A model generated the notes under the pieces. The model saw only the letters and a program-made list of their open reading frames with translations. It did no database searches and was not told where the DNA came from. Of a DNA stretch of 64,000 nucleotides, positions 1 through 12,900 are shown one piece after another. Source of the DNA: Callorhinchus milii (Eukaryota); contig NW_024704742.1 in assembly GCF_018977255.1 (NCBI RefSeq), positions 14,696,001-14,760,000 on the forward strand, in the 5' to 3' direction. Within the stretch, counting starts at the first letter, position 1; each line of letters starts with the position of its first letter. The position numbers and the translations under genes were made by a program.

Positions 1-1059
1 TGTGTCATCAGGTACTCACAGAGGCCTGGGTCCTTGACACTGGGAACTTGGAAGGATGGCTTAGCATAGGGTGGACTCTGACTTGCCTTGTCTCATCCCT
101 GCAAGCCAAAGCCTTAATGGATAGGTTGGTACTAGGCAGGTAGTGGGAAGCTTGCCAGGCAGTGTTTCTAAAGGCAAACTATGCAGTTAAAGCTGGTTAC
201 ACTTCAACAGATGCAATGCATACTCTGGGGCTTCCATTCTGCAATGCTCTGAAATTAGGTAAGTAGGATGCATTGTCTTGATAGCAAGAAATCTAAATAA
301 GAACTCACTTTTTTAAAAGTCTTTACTTATAAAGTCATAGAAGTTATGTAATTTGTTTTCCAGATTACATTTATATAATTGAATATATTGCTAAGCAACT
401 TGCCTTTATATAGTACCTTTTGGAGAGGTGGAGTAGGGGTCTCGATAGGTTGCAAGGTGGGCTTAGGAAAGAGTTGACTATCAACAGGGAAACTTTTTAG
501 AATGGTTTGAAAACAAAGAGGGAGAGTGTGAGGCAGAGTTCCAGACAGTATGAACAAAATTACGAAAATCTCACCCACTGAAGATGGGGAGGAGGGGGCG
601 GGGGGGGGGGGGGGGGGGTGCATGAAGCAGGCAGCTGGAAGAGTCAGAAGTGGGTGTGGAGTAAGATCCCAGGAGATCCCAGATGTAGAGTTGAGGCAAG
701 GCCATGGAGGAATTTGGAGAGAAGAATGAGGAACTTAAAGTTGAATAGGGATCCAATGGAGTCTGACAAGATTGATGGTGATGGGCTTGCAGATGGTTTT
801 GAAAGCAAACGGGAAAGGTTTTAGGGAAAACATGGGCAGACAAAGAGGCTGAAAATTCACCGAATGATGGTCAGAAATGGGACAGTGTAGGGTTGTAGAG
901 CAGGCCTGAGTTAGAATCCTGCTTCAGTTTCTTGATATCCATTTCAATCATAAGGTTTGTTTACATCAGAAGCTTCCTGTCCACAAAACATTTAGGTTAA
1001 CTTGTAAGCAAATGTAAATTGTAATTAGGCTAGAGATAACAATTTAAAACATTAAATTA

Positions 1060-1376
1060 TAATAATAATAATCCTTGCATTTGATATAGCGCTTTCCACC
1101 TCTTCTCGACGTCTCAAAGTGCTTCACAAAATATACTGTAAGGTGAATTGACTGTATATCTGTGGGCAAAAATGTGGCAGCCAATTGCACACAGCAGTGT
1201 CCTACAAACAGTCGTGGATTGAAAATTACCAATTTATTATTGTTTTTTTTGTGTTGGAGGAATTATTATTAGGCGTGTGGAGTAAGGAAACTTGCCCAAG
1301 GTTTCGCCCTGCCTGGAATTGAACCCAAGCACTCGCTTGCAAGGCAAGTGCTCTAACCACTGAGCTACAGGACTCC
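1060..1376 (-). mobile_element. tRNA-headed Deu-domain SINE, short form, full length
   Basis: Head ggagtcctgtagctcagtggttagagc (A box) ... ggttcaattcc (B box); Deu-like core ggacactgctgtgtgcaattggctgcc; hairpin tail and (TTA)n. Confidence 0.88.
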
Positions 1377-1815
1377 ATAATTGCTCAGCAGGAAAAACGA
1401 GTGACTGAAAATCACTCTCTACTCGTTGCCCTATCTCATGCCCTATCCTCCTGGGGTGAAGGAGGAGGAAAGTGTGATCTGCTTGAAGCCGAGCTGCCTT
1501 TAAAATGACATGAAATATTGGTGTTGAGTCAACACATCATAGTGGCTTAGGTGGTCAATTCCTCAGCCAAGCAGGTCACCAATACTCCAGGGCACTGCTA
1601 TGACAGATCAGCCAGGACAGCTCATCAGCAGATTTGGAGTAGGCAGACCAGTCACTGGGAGCAGGGTTCTTCCCACTTCATCTCATGCAACCCAAACCCT
1701 TATAGGGTTCTAGCTGGAAAAGCAGGACAAAGCTACATAATATTAGATGGTTAAACTCAGGAGTACCCCAACTGCACAGTTTGGGGTGCCCAAGCCTTGG
1801 CTTTTGCCAACATCT

Positions 1816-2126
1816 GAGTCCTGTAGCTCAGTGGCTAGAGCATTCGCCTCAAAAGTAAGACACCTGGGTTCGATTCCCGGCAGGGCGAAACCTTGGGTGA
1901 GTTTCCTTACTCCACACGCCTAATAATAATCCTTTAAAAAAGAACAATAACAAAATTGGTCTCTTTAATCCACGACTGTCTGTCGGACACTGCTGTGTGC
2001 AATTGGCTGCCGCGTTTCCCCAACAAATATACAGTCAATTCACTTTACAGTATATTCTGTGAAGTGCTTTGAGACGTCTAGAAGATGCAAAAAACGCTAT
2101 ATCAAATGCAAGGATTATTATTATTA
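1816..2126 (+). mobile_element. tRNA-headed Deu-domain SINE, short form, full length
   Basis: Same head, core and tail; inverted relative to the 1060-1376 copy. Confidence 0.88.
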
Positions 2127-2169
2127 ATGGAATTAGAGGTCTGCATCTCTCCAGGGCAGATATTTGCAA

Positions 2170-2800
2170 CAACTGGCATTTATAAAGTGCCCCTCACACA
2201 GGGTAGCGTCCCAGAGAGCTTGACATTGGCGGAGCAAGGTGGTGACCGTAGGCACTGTCAAATAGGAAGGTCTTCAGGAGCAACTCAAAGACGGGGAAGC
2301 AAGGGGCAAGGCGGAGGGATCAAGGAAAAGTGTTTCAGAGTTTCAGGGCCTAGCGGCTGAAAGCTTGGCCAAGAATTGAGGGCACGAGGGACATGTAGAA
2401 GGCTGGTTCCAACAACAACTTGCACTTATATAGCACCCTCCAAGCAGACTAAGGTCTCAGAGCACTTAACAGTGGTGGAGCTTGACTCCGGGGGTTGATG
2501 GTGGTTAGTGTCCGTAAGCACAGTCAAAAAGGAAGGTTTTCAGGCGGGACATGAAAAAGGGGAGGGGGCAAGGCGGAGGGATTGAGGAAGAGTGTTCCAC
2601 AGTTTCAGGGTGTAGTGGCTGAAAGTGTGGCCTCCAATGGTGGGGCGGAGGGTGCGAGGGACAAATAGGAGGCCGGTGTCAGTCGAGCGAGCGGTGGTTG
2701 GAGAGGTAGTGAGGTGCAGGGAGTGAATGGATTTGAACACGAGCGTGAGGATCTTGATCCGTTTGGTGATGGAGAGCCAGTGGAGCCTGGTCAGAACTCA
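2170..2800 (-). mobile_element. Two adjacent 5'-truncated L2 3' fragments
   Basis: caacaac tails; translation RPTIGGHTFS...LWNTLPQSLR resembles the L2 C-terminus. Confidence 0.75.
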
Positions 2801-3104
2801 TGAGATGGGGGTACAGAAATTGGTCCGGGTAAGTATGGCAGTCGAACGGAGGCAGTGGGTTGTGGGGTAAGCAGGTCGGAGAGGGAGGGAGGGAGGGAAG
2901 GAGGGAGGTACCAGGGCTTGAAGGGATCTGCATTCCAGACACAGGAGTTTCAATGGCTAAGTGGTGTACAACAACAACAAGAAGATTACACTTGTATAGC
3001 GGCTTTCACGTCGGGAGGACGTCCCAAGGTGCTGAAAAATTGTGGGTGAAACACGGCAGCCAATTGCACACAGCAGTGTCCCACAGACAGTCCTGGAGAG
3101 AGGT

Positions 3105-3995
3105 ACAGACCCACGTGTAGGTACTGTGTACACAGGTGTAGCCACGTGATGCTCTCGCCGCGGTGTGGATACCCCTGAACAATGTAATGAGGTGCCGCTC
3201 GTGTCACGTGATCAACTCCCCCCCTTTCAGACCGCAGCACAGACAAAACACAACAAAATCACGTGACCGGAACTCAGGGGCGGCGCAGTGCGCGTGCGCG
3301 AGACAGTGGGGCTGTGTTATTGTGACGCGTAGGCGGTGGTGGCGGTTTCCTCGCTCGAGCGGTGGCGGTTGGCGGGCGCGTTCCGCCGGATTCTCGAGCT
3401 GTGTCCGACTGTTGGTCGCACTGAGCGCTGGGAGTCGGCGCGGGTGGACGGACGGACATTCAGTCAGTGCGCGTCCAGCGGGAGGAAGTGGGTCCCACTC
3501 CGTCTCTCTCACATACAGGGGTTGGCGTAAAAGGGGCAAACCGCCGGAGCTATTGCCAAGCTCGGGGCATGCGGGGACAGGGAGCCGAGAAGGTGAGGTG
3601 ATCCGAGGAGGACTATTTCCCCCCACACCCTGCTCACCGGCAAGGGGGGGGCCATGAGCTTGACTTGAAGACGGCGCCGGCCTCACCTGCGTGTGCACCA
3701 GGGCCGCTCCCTCACCTCCACCGCCTCGGCGGCCCCCGGGCCGCTCCACTCCCGCACTCGCTGCTCTCCTCCCCTCTCCCGGGCGGCTGAAGAGCGCCCG
3801 GTCTTTTACTTCGTTTGTCGATCTCGGGGTCCGCGGGAAAAGGGGGATGGCCTGGGTCAGGCTGCTGCTGAAGCCCGGGGGCAACCTGCGGAGCGGCTAC
3901 CAGCCCGGCAGTATGCTCTCCCTGGCCCCCACCAAGGGACTGCTCAACGGACCCGGCGAGAACAGCTGCTTCCTCAACAGCGCGGTGCAGGTAAG
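3105..3995 (+). promoter_or_regulatory. USP53 CpG island / promoter and 5' UTR
   Basis: GC- and CpG-dense; CACGTG at 3112, 3143, 3205, 3260; ETS-like CCGGAA 3267; GC box GGGGCGG 3277; NRF1-type TGCGCGTGCGCG 3289-3300; TGACG 3323. Confidence 0.85.
3847..3990 (+). CDS. USP53: USP53 coding exon 1 (48 aa, Cys box NSCFLNS)
   Basis: ATG in GGGATGG context; [48 protein letters not shown]; donor CAG|GTAAGA. Confidence 0.95.
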
Positions 3996-6900
3996 AGGGT
4001 GTTCACTCACATCTGTATAGTGTATATCAGATAACCCCATTACACATCGTATCGCACAGTGTAGTACAGGTAAGTGTATTACGCTACTGTATAGGTAGGA
4101 CATGTTCACATATATACTGGATTTATTACACAGTGTTCACACCCTCCACAGGGTGAAACATTGTGCAAGTTTCCTTACACACGCCTTTGTTTACTGAGCA
4201 GTAAGTAGGAACCTGGTTGTTAGTCGATTGGTGGATCGCTTTTCCGGGGATGATGATGATGATAATAATAAAACAATATTGCTTGCATTTGATTTAGCGA
4301 TTTTCATGTCTTCCAGATGTCTCAAAACAGCTTCACAGAATATACTGTGAAGTGACTTGATTGTGTATATTTGTGGGTGAAACGCGGCAGCCAATTGCAC
4401 GCAACAGTGTCCTATAAACAGTCGTGGATTGAAGTAACCAATTTCTTATTTTTTTTCTCGAGGGATTATTATCAGGTTTGTGGGTGGAGTAAGGAAACTT
4501 GCCCAAGGTTTTGCTCTGCTGGGAATCGAGGCCAGGTCTTTCCAAAAACAATTATTTGATCACTCAATCCACGACTGTTTGTGGGACACTGCTGTGCACA
4601 AATGTTTTGCCCACAAATATATATTAAACAGTATTTACAGGCAAGAATGTATTCAGATATTATACATAGTATCACAGTAGTACAGTTAATACTATACACA
4701 TTTAGATAGAACATGTGTCAGTGTGTGTGCATAAAACACATATTATCACACAATGGTATAAGTAAGAATATAATCATATATATTGCACATTGTATGGTAT
4801 CGGAAAGAGTATTTGTATATATTACACAGTACACAGTGGCACAGATATGAGTGTATTAATATATACATAGGACTCATAGTATCACACAGTGTGAAGCAGA
4901 TCAACGTGTTCATATATAATACATTATAGAATAGTAATTCTTAAAATGTAATAACGCCCTTTCATGTCCCCTGCCTCGCCTGCCGTACCATTGGTGGGCC
5001 TTCAGCCACTTTGCCCCCACCCTCTGGAACTCCACCCCTCAGTCCCTCTGCCTCAACCCCTCCCTTGCCTCCTTCAAGACACGTTTCAAGACCCTCCGAC
5101 CGTGCCTTTGATCACCCTCCTTCCCCTCCACCCTCCTTGATCCTGACCTCCAGTTCGCGTCTGAAACACTGATTGTCCAGCACCTTGGGACTTCCTCCTG
5201 ACGTGAAAGGCGTTCTACTAATGTTGTTGTTTCTACATCTAGGCTCGACTGCGGCAACTCCCTGCTTGTTGGCCTTCCCAACCCTTTCCTCCATACGCTG
5301 CAGATTTTCTGGATCTCCAGCTCGTTTCCTCCAGCACCAGTCTGCATGGCCCTATCACCACCACCCAAGCCTGGCTCCCCATTCCCCAGAGGATAGAGTT
5401 CAAAATTCTCATCCTCAAGACCCTCCTTCCTGCCTCAGTGACCTGCTAACCCCTTATCAACCTGTCCGCTCCCTCCGCTCAGCAGGCTGTGGCCTGATCT
5501 CAGCCCCCCAGCCTGCCCCTCCATAGGTGGTCAAGCCTTCAACTTCTCTGCACCCATCCTTTGGAACTCCATCCCACAATCCATTTGTCTTGCTCCCTCC
5601 CTTACCTCCTTCAAAGCATGTCTCAAGACCCTCCTCTTCGACTGCTCATTCGACCACCCTCCTACCCTTACCCTCCATGCACTCCATCCCTCCTGATCCC
5701 AACCCCCTGCTTGGTTCCAAATCCCTGACTGTCCAGCACCTTTGAATGTCCTCCCATCTTGAAAGGCACTTTACAAATGTAATTTGTTTGTTTCATGTTG
5801 GGCAACTGTCTCAAAGTGCTTCTCAGGGTTTAGTGTAAAGGGTTGTGATTGTGGGTTTTTTGGGCAAATATATTACACAGTATGGGGTAGGTAAGAATGT
5901 AGTTTTCTCTTTATAGAATATATATTCCTTTCCTTATACATAATGTGGTGTAGATGAGAGGAGATTCATACAATCCAATCCTGTCACAATAGGGTATTTG
6001 GAGATCTTGTCATGCGACCCAGTGTTGTAATAGAATTGTTATACTGCAGCTGCTGATACGCATCTCCAGGGTTGCTGCTGATATTACTGAGCCTGGTGCA
6101 CCAGCACGTAATGTGCAGGATGTGTACCACACTTCAGTGCCTTATGGGGCTACACTATTTCCACGTTGTAGCTGATCCAGCATTATACTCGCCCACAAAA
6201 TATATTGTCAATTCACTTTACGGTATATTCTGTGAAGCGCTTTGAGACGTCTAAATACGTGATAAGGTGCCTATGTCAAATGCAAGGATTATTGTTATAA
6301 CTAGGTCAGACTGTAGGTAGACAGTGTGGTGCAGGCCTGAGTGTGTGTATACACATACACACACACACGCACCCGCACAATGATACAGCATTGTTCTATA
6401 TTGTGCTGCCTTGTGTTTAGTGAAGGTCTGCTGAGGACCCATACTAACTGAAAGTGTGGTGTATCTGCCTTATGATGCTATTATAAGACAGGTGAACTAC
6501 ATCCCATCAAAAGACCTTCCTTTTTGATCGTGCTTACGGTTACCTCCCGCTCACCCTGGCTCAGTGTCAGACTCTGCCACTCTCAAGCTCTCTGGGCTGC
6601 TACCCCATGTGAAGGGCGCTATATAAATGCAAGTTGTTGTTTTTACACTGAGCTTCCCATGTTAGAAAGGTGTGCCCTCTATCAATATGGAGTCCTGTAG
6701 CTCAGTGGTTAGAGCACTTGGCTGGCAAGTGACTGATCTGGGTTTAGTTCCCAGCAGGGCAAAATGTTGGGCCACTTTTCTTACAACACACACCTCTGTT
6801 TACCTAGGGTAGGAACACGGTTGTTAGTCCATTGGAGGATTGCTTTTCCGAGGATAATAATTCCTTTAAAAATATTAATAATAATAATAAATTGGTCACT

Positions 6901-9900
6901 TCAATCCATGACTGTTTGTGGGACACTGCTGGGGGCATTTGCCTGCTGCATTTCACGCATAAGTCTATTCACTTTACAGTATATTCTGTGAAGGACTTTG
7001 AGATGTCTTGAAGATGTGCTAAGATGCTATATAAAATGCAAGGATTATTATTATTATCTACCCATCTGCTATCAATCCCGTGTGTTGAAGGTAAAAGTAT
7101 ATTCTTCAGTGTACACACAGTATTGTGCAGGTGAAAATTCAAATTATGTTCATATAGAAACTCGAAATGTAACCAGTAGAGAAGTCCTATCTGATGAAGC
7201 AACTTGAAGCTTGCCAGCCATTTACATTGCCAAGCTATATGGTTATATTAACTGTATAATTAAATTCCTGTGTGTAGTTGGTTTGCTGCATTCACCTAGA
7301 AGTATACAGTCACTCCACTTAATAAAATCTTGTGAAGCACTTTAAGACTTACTCCTGAAGTGAAAGGTGCATTATAATTTTTGCTATTAATATTAAGTTC
7401 CATTTAATATGGTGCTGTCACCGTTTTTTAGCCCTATGTGCAGGAAGCACAGCTGATGTTACTTCCTAGACTTGCTGAAACACCCTCTGGGGTCCCTAAA
7501 CATTGGCTCTTGCTAACCCGTGCCTAAACTCTAGATTAGATGAGAAGGATGCAACCTCTTTATTCCGTACCGGATAAATGGAAACCACGAATATGTGGAA
7601 CTCTCAGCAATTTGGTTTGGAGACTCATGTATGGTGATGGGATTTCTGAATGTGCTATACACCTGGCAAACTAAATCTCTCACAACACATAGTGGTAAAA
7701 CTAAGACTGAAAGTATTTTAGACACTTGCACAGTGGAGTGCTGAGATTGATAACTAGTGCAACAGCGTATTGCAGATAAGGATTGAGTCCGTTCCTCAGT
7801 TTTGGTATACATGGCATTGTCAGTATGGCTCAATTTGTAGCACTCAGTAAGACAGTTATGGTTTCAAGGTCCACGTTAGGGTTTGAATTCATAGATTAAT
7901 TTTAAGTCTTTCATCTGGTCTTTGAACAAGTCTGCTTTCCTCCATCCCTGTAAAATCATCTGCCTCCACGCCTACTTCACCATCAATCAATGCAGCCAAA
8001 CCCTCATCCTTGTCTTCATCGTTTCTGATGCGCTCCTTTGCTCGCCATTTCAGGCTTTCTCTCCACCCTGCAGAACTCTGTAGTTTGTTTCCTTTCTCTA
8101 CCAGGCTCTGCACGCCAGCAGCCGATCCTCACCAAGTTCCACTGGCTTCCCATTTCCATCAGATTAACCAAGATCCTCATAACTTTCAGAAGCTTCCACT
8201 TCCTTACCCACCCTCCTAATTTCCTGCAGTCATACTTTCCCGTGGTCTAGTACTTGACCTGCTCCATGTCCTCTTTCATGCCCCCTGACCTGTGTCTGAC
8301 TGTTCGGTGAGCAAGTCTTCAGCCATCTTGTCCCCATTTTCTTGAACTCTCTCTCTATTTCTCCATTTTGAACCTTCCCTCTCTGCTTTCAAACAGTTCC
8401 AAAGCCTACCTTTTAGGCTGCTCTTTATTTATCTTTCTCCTACTTAAATCGGCTGCAACATTCGCCCACAGCTTTCACATTAACTACTTTCTAATATATC
8501 CTGTGAAAGACTTTGCGATGAACTCCCTATGTGAAAAACTCTTATCAAATGCAACATTCCTCCTATACAGTTTCGTCCCTCTCATGAACATCATTGAGCA
8601 GCTCCATCTACCAGCTCTTACTCAGCTCAAACATGCTACTTAGTTTCTCCTGCTCAACACTGGCACTGCTTTTGCTTGTAATTTGATATAGCAATGTTTC
8701 ATTTACGCCCCTCTGCCCCACCCCCATCTGGTTCCTGTTGTAAAGAATGCATTCACACCTTTACTAACTATGTTTAGGCCACACACAAAGTAAATCCAAC
8801 CCACTTTTCAACAGAGCTCACAAATGTGATTTTTCTTGTTTTGTATGTATGCTTTTACTTTTGATTGACGATACCATTATTATGTCAATAATGCTTCTCC
8901 AGGATTTGCACTCTTGCATTGCCTAAATATATGAATAAAAGTGAATTAAATTCCAAAATTCTCTTCTGGAACAATACACATGCACACAGCTGTGTGCAAT
9001 TGGTTGCCACCTTTCGCTCACAAAATAAACAGTCAATTCACTTAACACTACATTCTGTGTAGCGCTTTGAGATGTTGCAAAGACGTGATAAGGCTCTATA
9101 TCAAATGCAAGGATTATTATTATCACATCTTCAAGACATCTCAAAGTGCTTCAGCAGCAGTGTCCCATAGACAGTCGTGGATTGAGTGACCAATTTATTT
9201 TTTATAAAAATTCTTAAGGAAATGTTACCCCCAGAAAAGCAATGCGCCAACAGACTAACAACCGGGTTCCTACTTACTGCTAAGTAAACAGGTATCATGG
9301 GCATGTGGAGTAAGGAAGCTTGTCCACGTCTTGCTCTGTTGGGAATCTAACCCAGGTCTCTCACTTGCGAGGCGCATGCTCTAACCGCTGAGCTACAGGA
9401 CTCCATATAATTCCTATGATAAAATCACACTGTCGATTACAATTCTGCTATGTTTTGTCCTTGGAGATAATTTGTGCAGAGTAAATTCCTTTTGGTGAAG
9501 TCATATTAAAGGAAAATTCCCAGTTGCAAATGCTTGAAGTGGCACCATAAGGAAAGGGAGGGGTTCGCTAGCTCTTGCTGGAAGGGTCAGGTCTTGCTGA
9601 AGAATGGCTAAATCAACATTTCATAGCTATTTCTACGTCATGTGACCAATTCTTAAATTGCCCAAGCGATACTAGAGTAATTAATTTAGCACAGCAGATT
9701 TTGTGATGTTAGTAGTAATAATTTTTGTATTTGATATAGATATATATTTTTATATATAAATATTTGTTTCATGTAGAGAAAATGTCAAAGTGCTTCACAG
9801 GACATACTGTAAAGTGTAATGACTGTATTTTGACCTCAAGCATGACAATCTGTTGCACACACCATTGTGTTACAAACTTCCATGACATTTATTTTGGAAG

Positions 9901-12900
9901 ATTGTTGTCTAGGAGAAAGATCTATTTTCGGATCGTCCCATTGGATCTTTTTGCACTTACCTGAATGGGCCGATGGGTTCTTGTATACTTGGTGCAAATG
10001 TCTTAACGATTGATGGTTGCTTTATATGATTGAGAGGAGTGTTTACCTAGTACCTTTTTTTTAAATAACTCTTAATCTATACACTGAAAATAATTCAACA
10101 ACAGCTTGTATTTATAAAGTATCCTTCATGCAGGGTAGTGGCTCATTGCACTTTATATTCTCCTATTTCCAGCTTCTGCTGGCCTTTGTTGACGTCTGCT
10201 ATTTCAGGAATTCTTGCATCAGTTAATGGGCACATCAGGAAACCAGTTTTGCCAACTATCTGTGGGATTAACAATTGCTTGTTAAGGATTATTGGAACAA
10301 GTGTTGTACTGTGTTACAGTTTGGGAATTCTGGGTTTTGCCAATAAGTGCAGTTTCTCTGACTTTCTGTGCCTCTAGCAATTGCTTTGATCTGAATCTAA
10401 GGATGTCTGTCCTTGTTGCAGTTAATTACACTGTTTTGCCATATATGTACCTATTCACCTTTATTTTTGGACACTAAATTTCCAGTTGTTTATAGAACTG
10501 TTAAATCTTGATGATTTTACTCTTTAAAGGAAACTAACACAGCAGGTGATAATAGTAATTACATTCAGCACAGAAATGGTGTTTTGACTTACAGTAATTG
10601 ACATCAATTGAAATGGAGAATTTACAAACTAACCTCTGGATGTACAGACTTGCAGAACATAATAATAATCGCTGCATTTGATATAGTGTCTTATCACATT
10701 TTCTAGATGTGTCAAAGTGCTTCCAGAATATACTGTAAAGTGAATTAACTGTATTTTGTGGGTGAAATACAGCAGCCAATTGTGCACAGCAGTGTCCCAC
10801 AAACAGTTGTGGATTGAGTGACCAAATTATTATTATTTTTTTGGAAGGGATTATTATCCCCAGAAAAGCAAACCTAATAAACAGACACAATGGGCTGAAT
10901 GGCCTCCTTCTGTGCTATAAGATTCTGTGATTTAGTGCTAGGTAAATAGAGGCTTGTGGAGTAAGGAAACTTCCACCCTGTCCAGGAATTAAACCCAGGT
11001 CATCTTGCTTGCGAGGCAAGTGCTCTAACCACTAAGCTACAGGACTGCACAATAATAATTAACTATTCACTGCAAAATTATAATTTTTAGTTTTGAGAAT
11101 CACCTTATGCAGCATAACAGCTGATTCTATCTAATCAAATTGGATTCATTGAACAATAAAAGTATGGATCTATAAATATATAAAATGTGAACAGAGGCTC
11201 CTGGAAGTGTCAGTGAGTTCGTAACACATTAAATAAGGTTCAGTGGATATCATTAACTCCCACTTGCTTAGGCTATGTTTACAGCCTGCAAACTATGCTA
11301 ATCTATATACTGTAGTCAACAACAACAACTTGCATTTATATAGCACCCTCACGCAGTGTAGCATCCCAGTGCGCTTGACAGTGGCTTTTTTAATAATAAT
11401 AATCCTTGTATTTGATACAGCATCTCATCGCATTTTTGTGACGCATTACATTTTTCTCACATTGGGATGCAGGCAGGACTCTGGGATTGTGGCAATTGAC
11501 TTTACGAAACAATTGATTTGGTGGGAGAAATTACTCCAGGTTCTAGATTTACTCGTATTTAGTTAGATTTCAGATGTTGACAACACTTTGTCACTGACCC
11601 ATCTTGATATATTTCCAGTACATTTATTCTATAAATAAGATGCCATGTAGGATATGTATACTGATTAACTTGAGTAAATTGACCTACCAAAAATCTTACC
11701 TCAACGGAAGGGGTTATTGTGCTGATGGTATCGGGTATCTGCAATGAATGCAAACTCAATAAGTACAATAAGAAGATAGTTTTATATTTTAAGTATATTT
11801 TATATTTGATGGCAATGGTATTTTTGGAAATTAGTTTTTTTTACCTGAAGAACTGCTGTTTATATAGTAATTTTGTTTTGTAGGTTCTATGGCACCTAGA
11901 TATTTTTAGACGAAGTTTGAGACAGCTTCCGGGACACGTGTGCTTGGGAAACGCTTGCATATTTTGTGCTTTGAAGGTAAAGTTGATCTTTAATGTTCAT
12001 TGATTGTTCCAACTATGGAATAACCAATTAATTATTTTCCATTTCTGTACAGTTAACTATCCCAGGAAGTACAACTTTGTATTTTCAGCACTGACATTTC
12101 AAATCTTGATGTTGGTCTGCTTTTAATCAACAAATCAATAGTAATGGATTTTATTAACAATGGATGAATTTTAAATTAAATTCCATACCTAACATTTTTC
12201 GGAAAGAGAAAAAGCTTGTGCTTTTTAGTACGTCTTGCTGATCTTATAAATGCCTCTTGTTTTATTTGTTCTGAAAGATGGATGTTGATTCATTCTTTAA
12301 TTTTATTCTTCATCCCATGAATATGCCTATTTGGTTGTGTACCCTCTGATTTTGGGTTGGTTGGCTGTAGATTCCTCTAATAATGGCCAGCAAATTCAAG
12401 AAGCATGTTCATCAGATGATGAAACCACATGTGCCCAACCGCATGTTCGAGCACAGTGGCAACGCAGTGATGTAGAGGCGTGAAACCAGTAGTTTTATGT
12501 TGAAATCATTGCATTTTAATTCTTTGGTCTAAATAAAATGGATTGTTATATATTCTTGGTGCCCTTTTTACACTTGCAAATTTTTTATATTCACTTTTCT
12601 TGCAGAATATATTTTCTCAATTTCAACATAGCAGGGAAAAAGCCCTCCCATCAGATGCTTTACGTAGTGCTTTGGCTGAAAGCTTCAAAGATGAGCATCG
12701 TTTTCAGCTAGGTCTAATGGATGATGCAGCAGAATGTTTTGTAAGTAGTGCAGGGATTTTATCTTATTCCTCAACAGGTCCCAAACATTGCCATCTTACT
12801 TTAGTGTTGTACACTAGAACTAATGTTTTGCTACTTAATTGTTTATATTTAGTGCATTGGGATTTATAATTTCATCGGAACAGGCAGATGAGAATAGTTG

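Noticed and set aside
3163..3884. Long ORFs on both strands of the USP53 CpG island (and 54566-55713 at C4orf3)
   Set aside because: GC-rich, stop-poor low-complexity frames with no recognisable protein similarity
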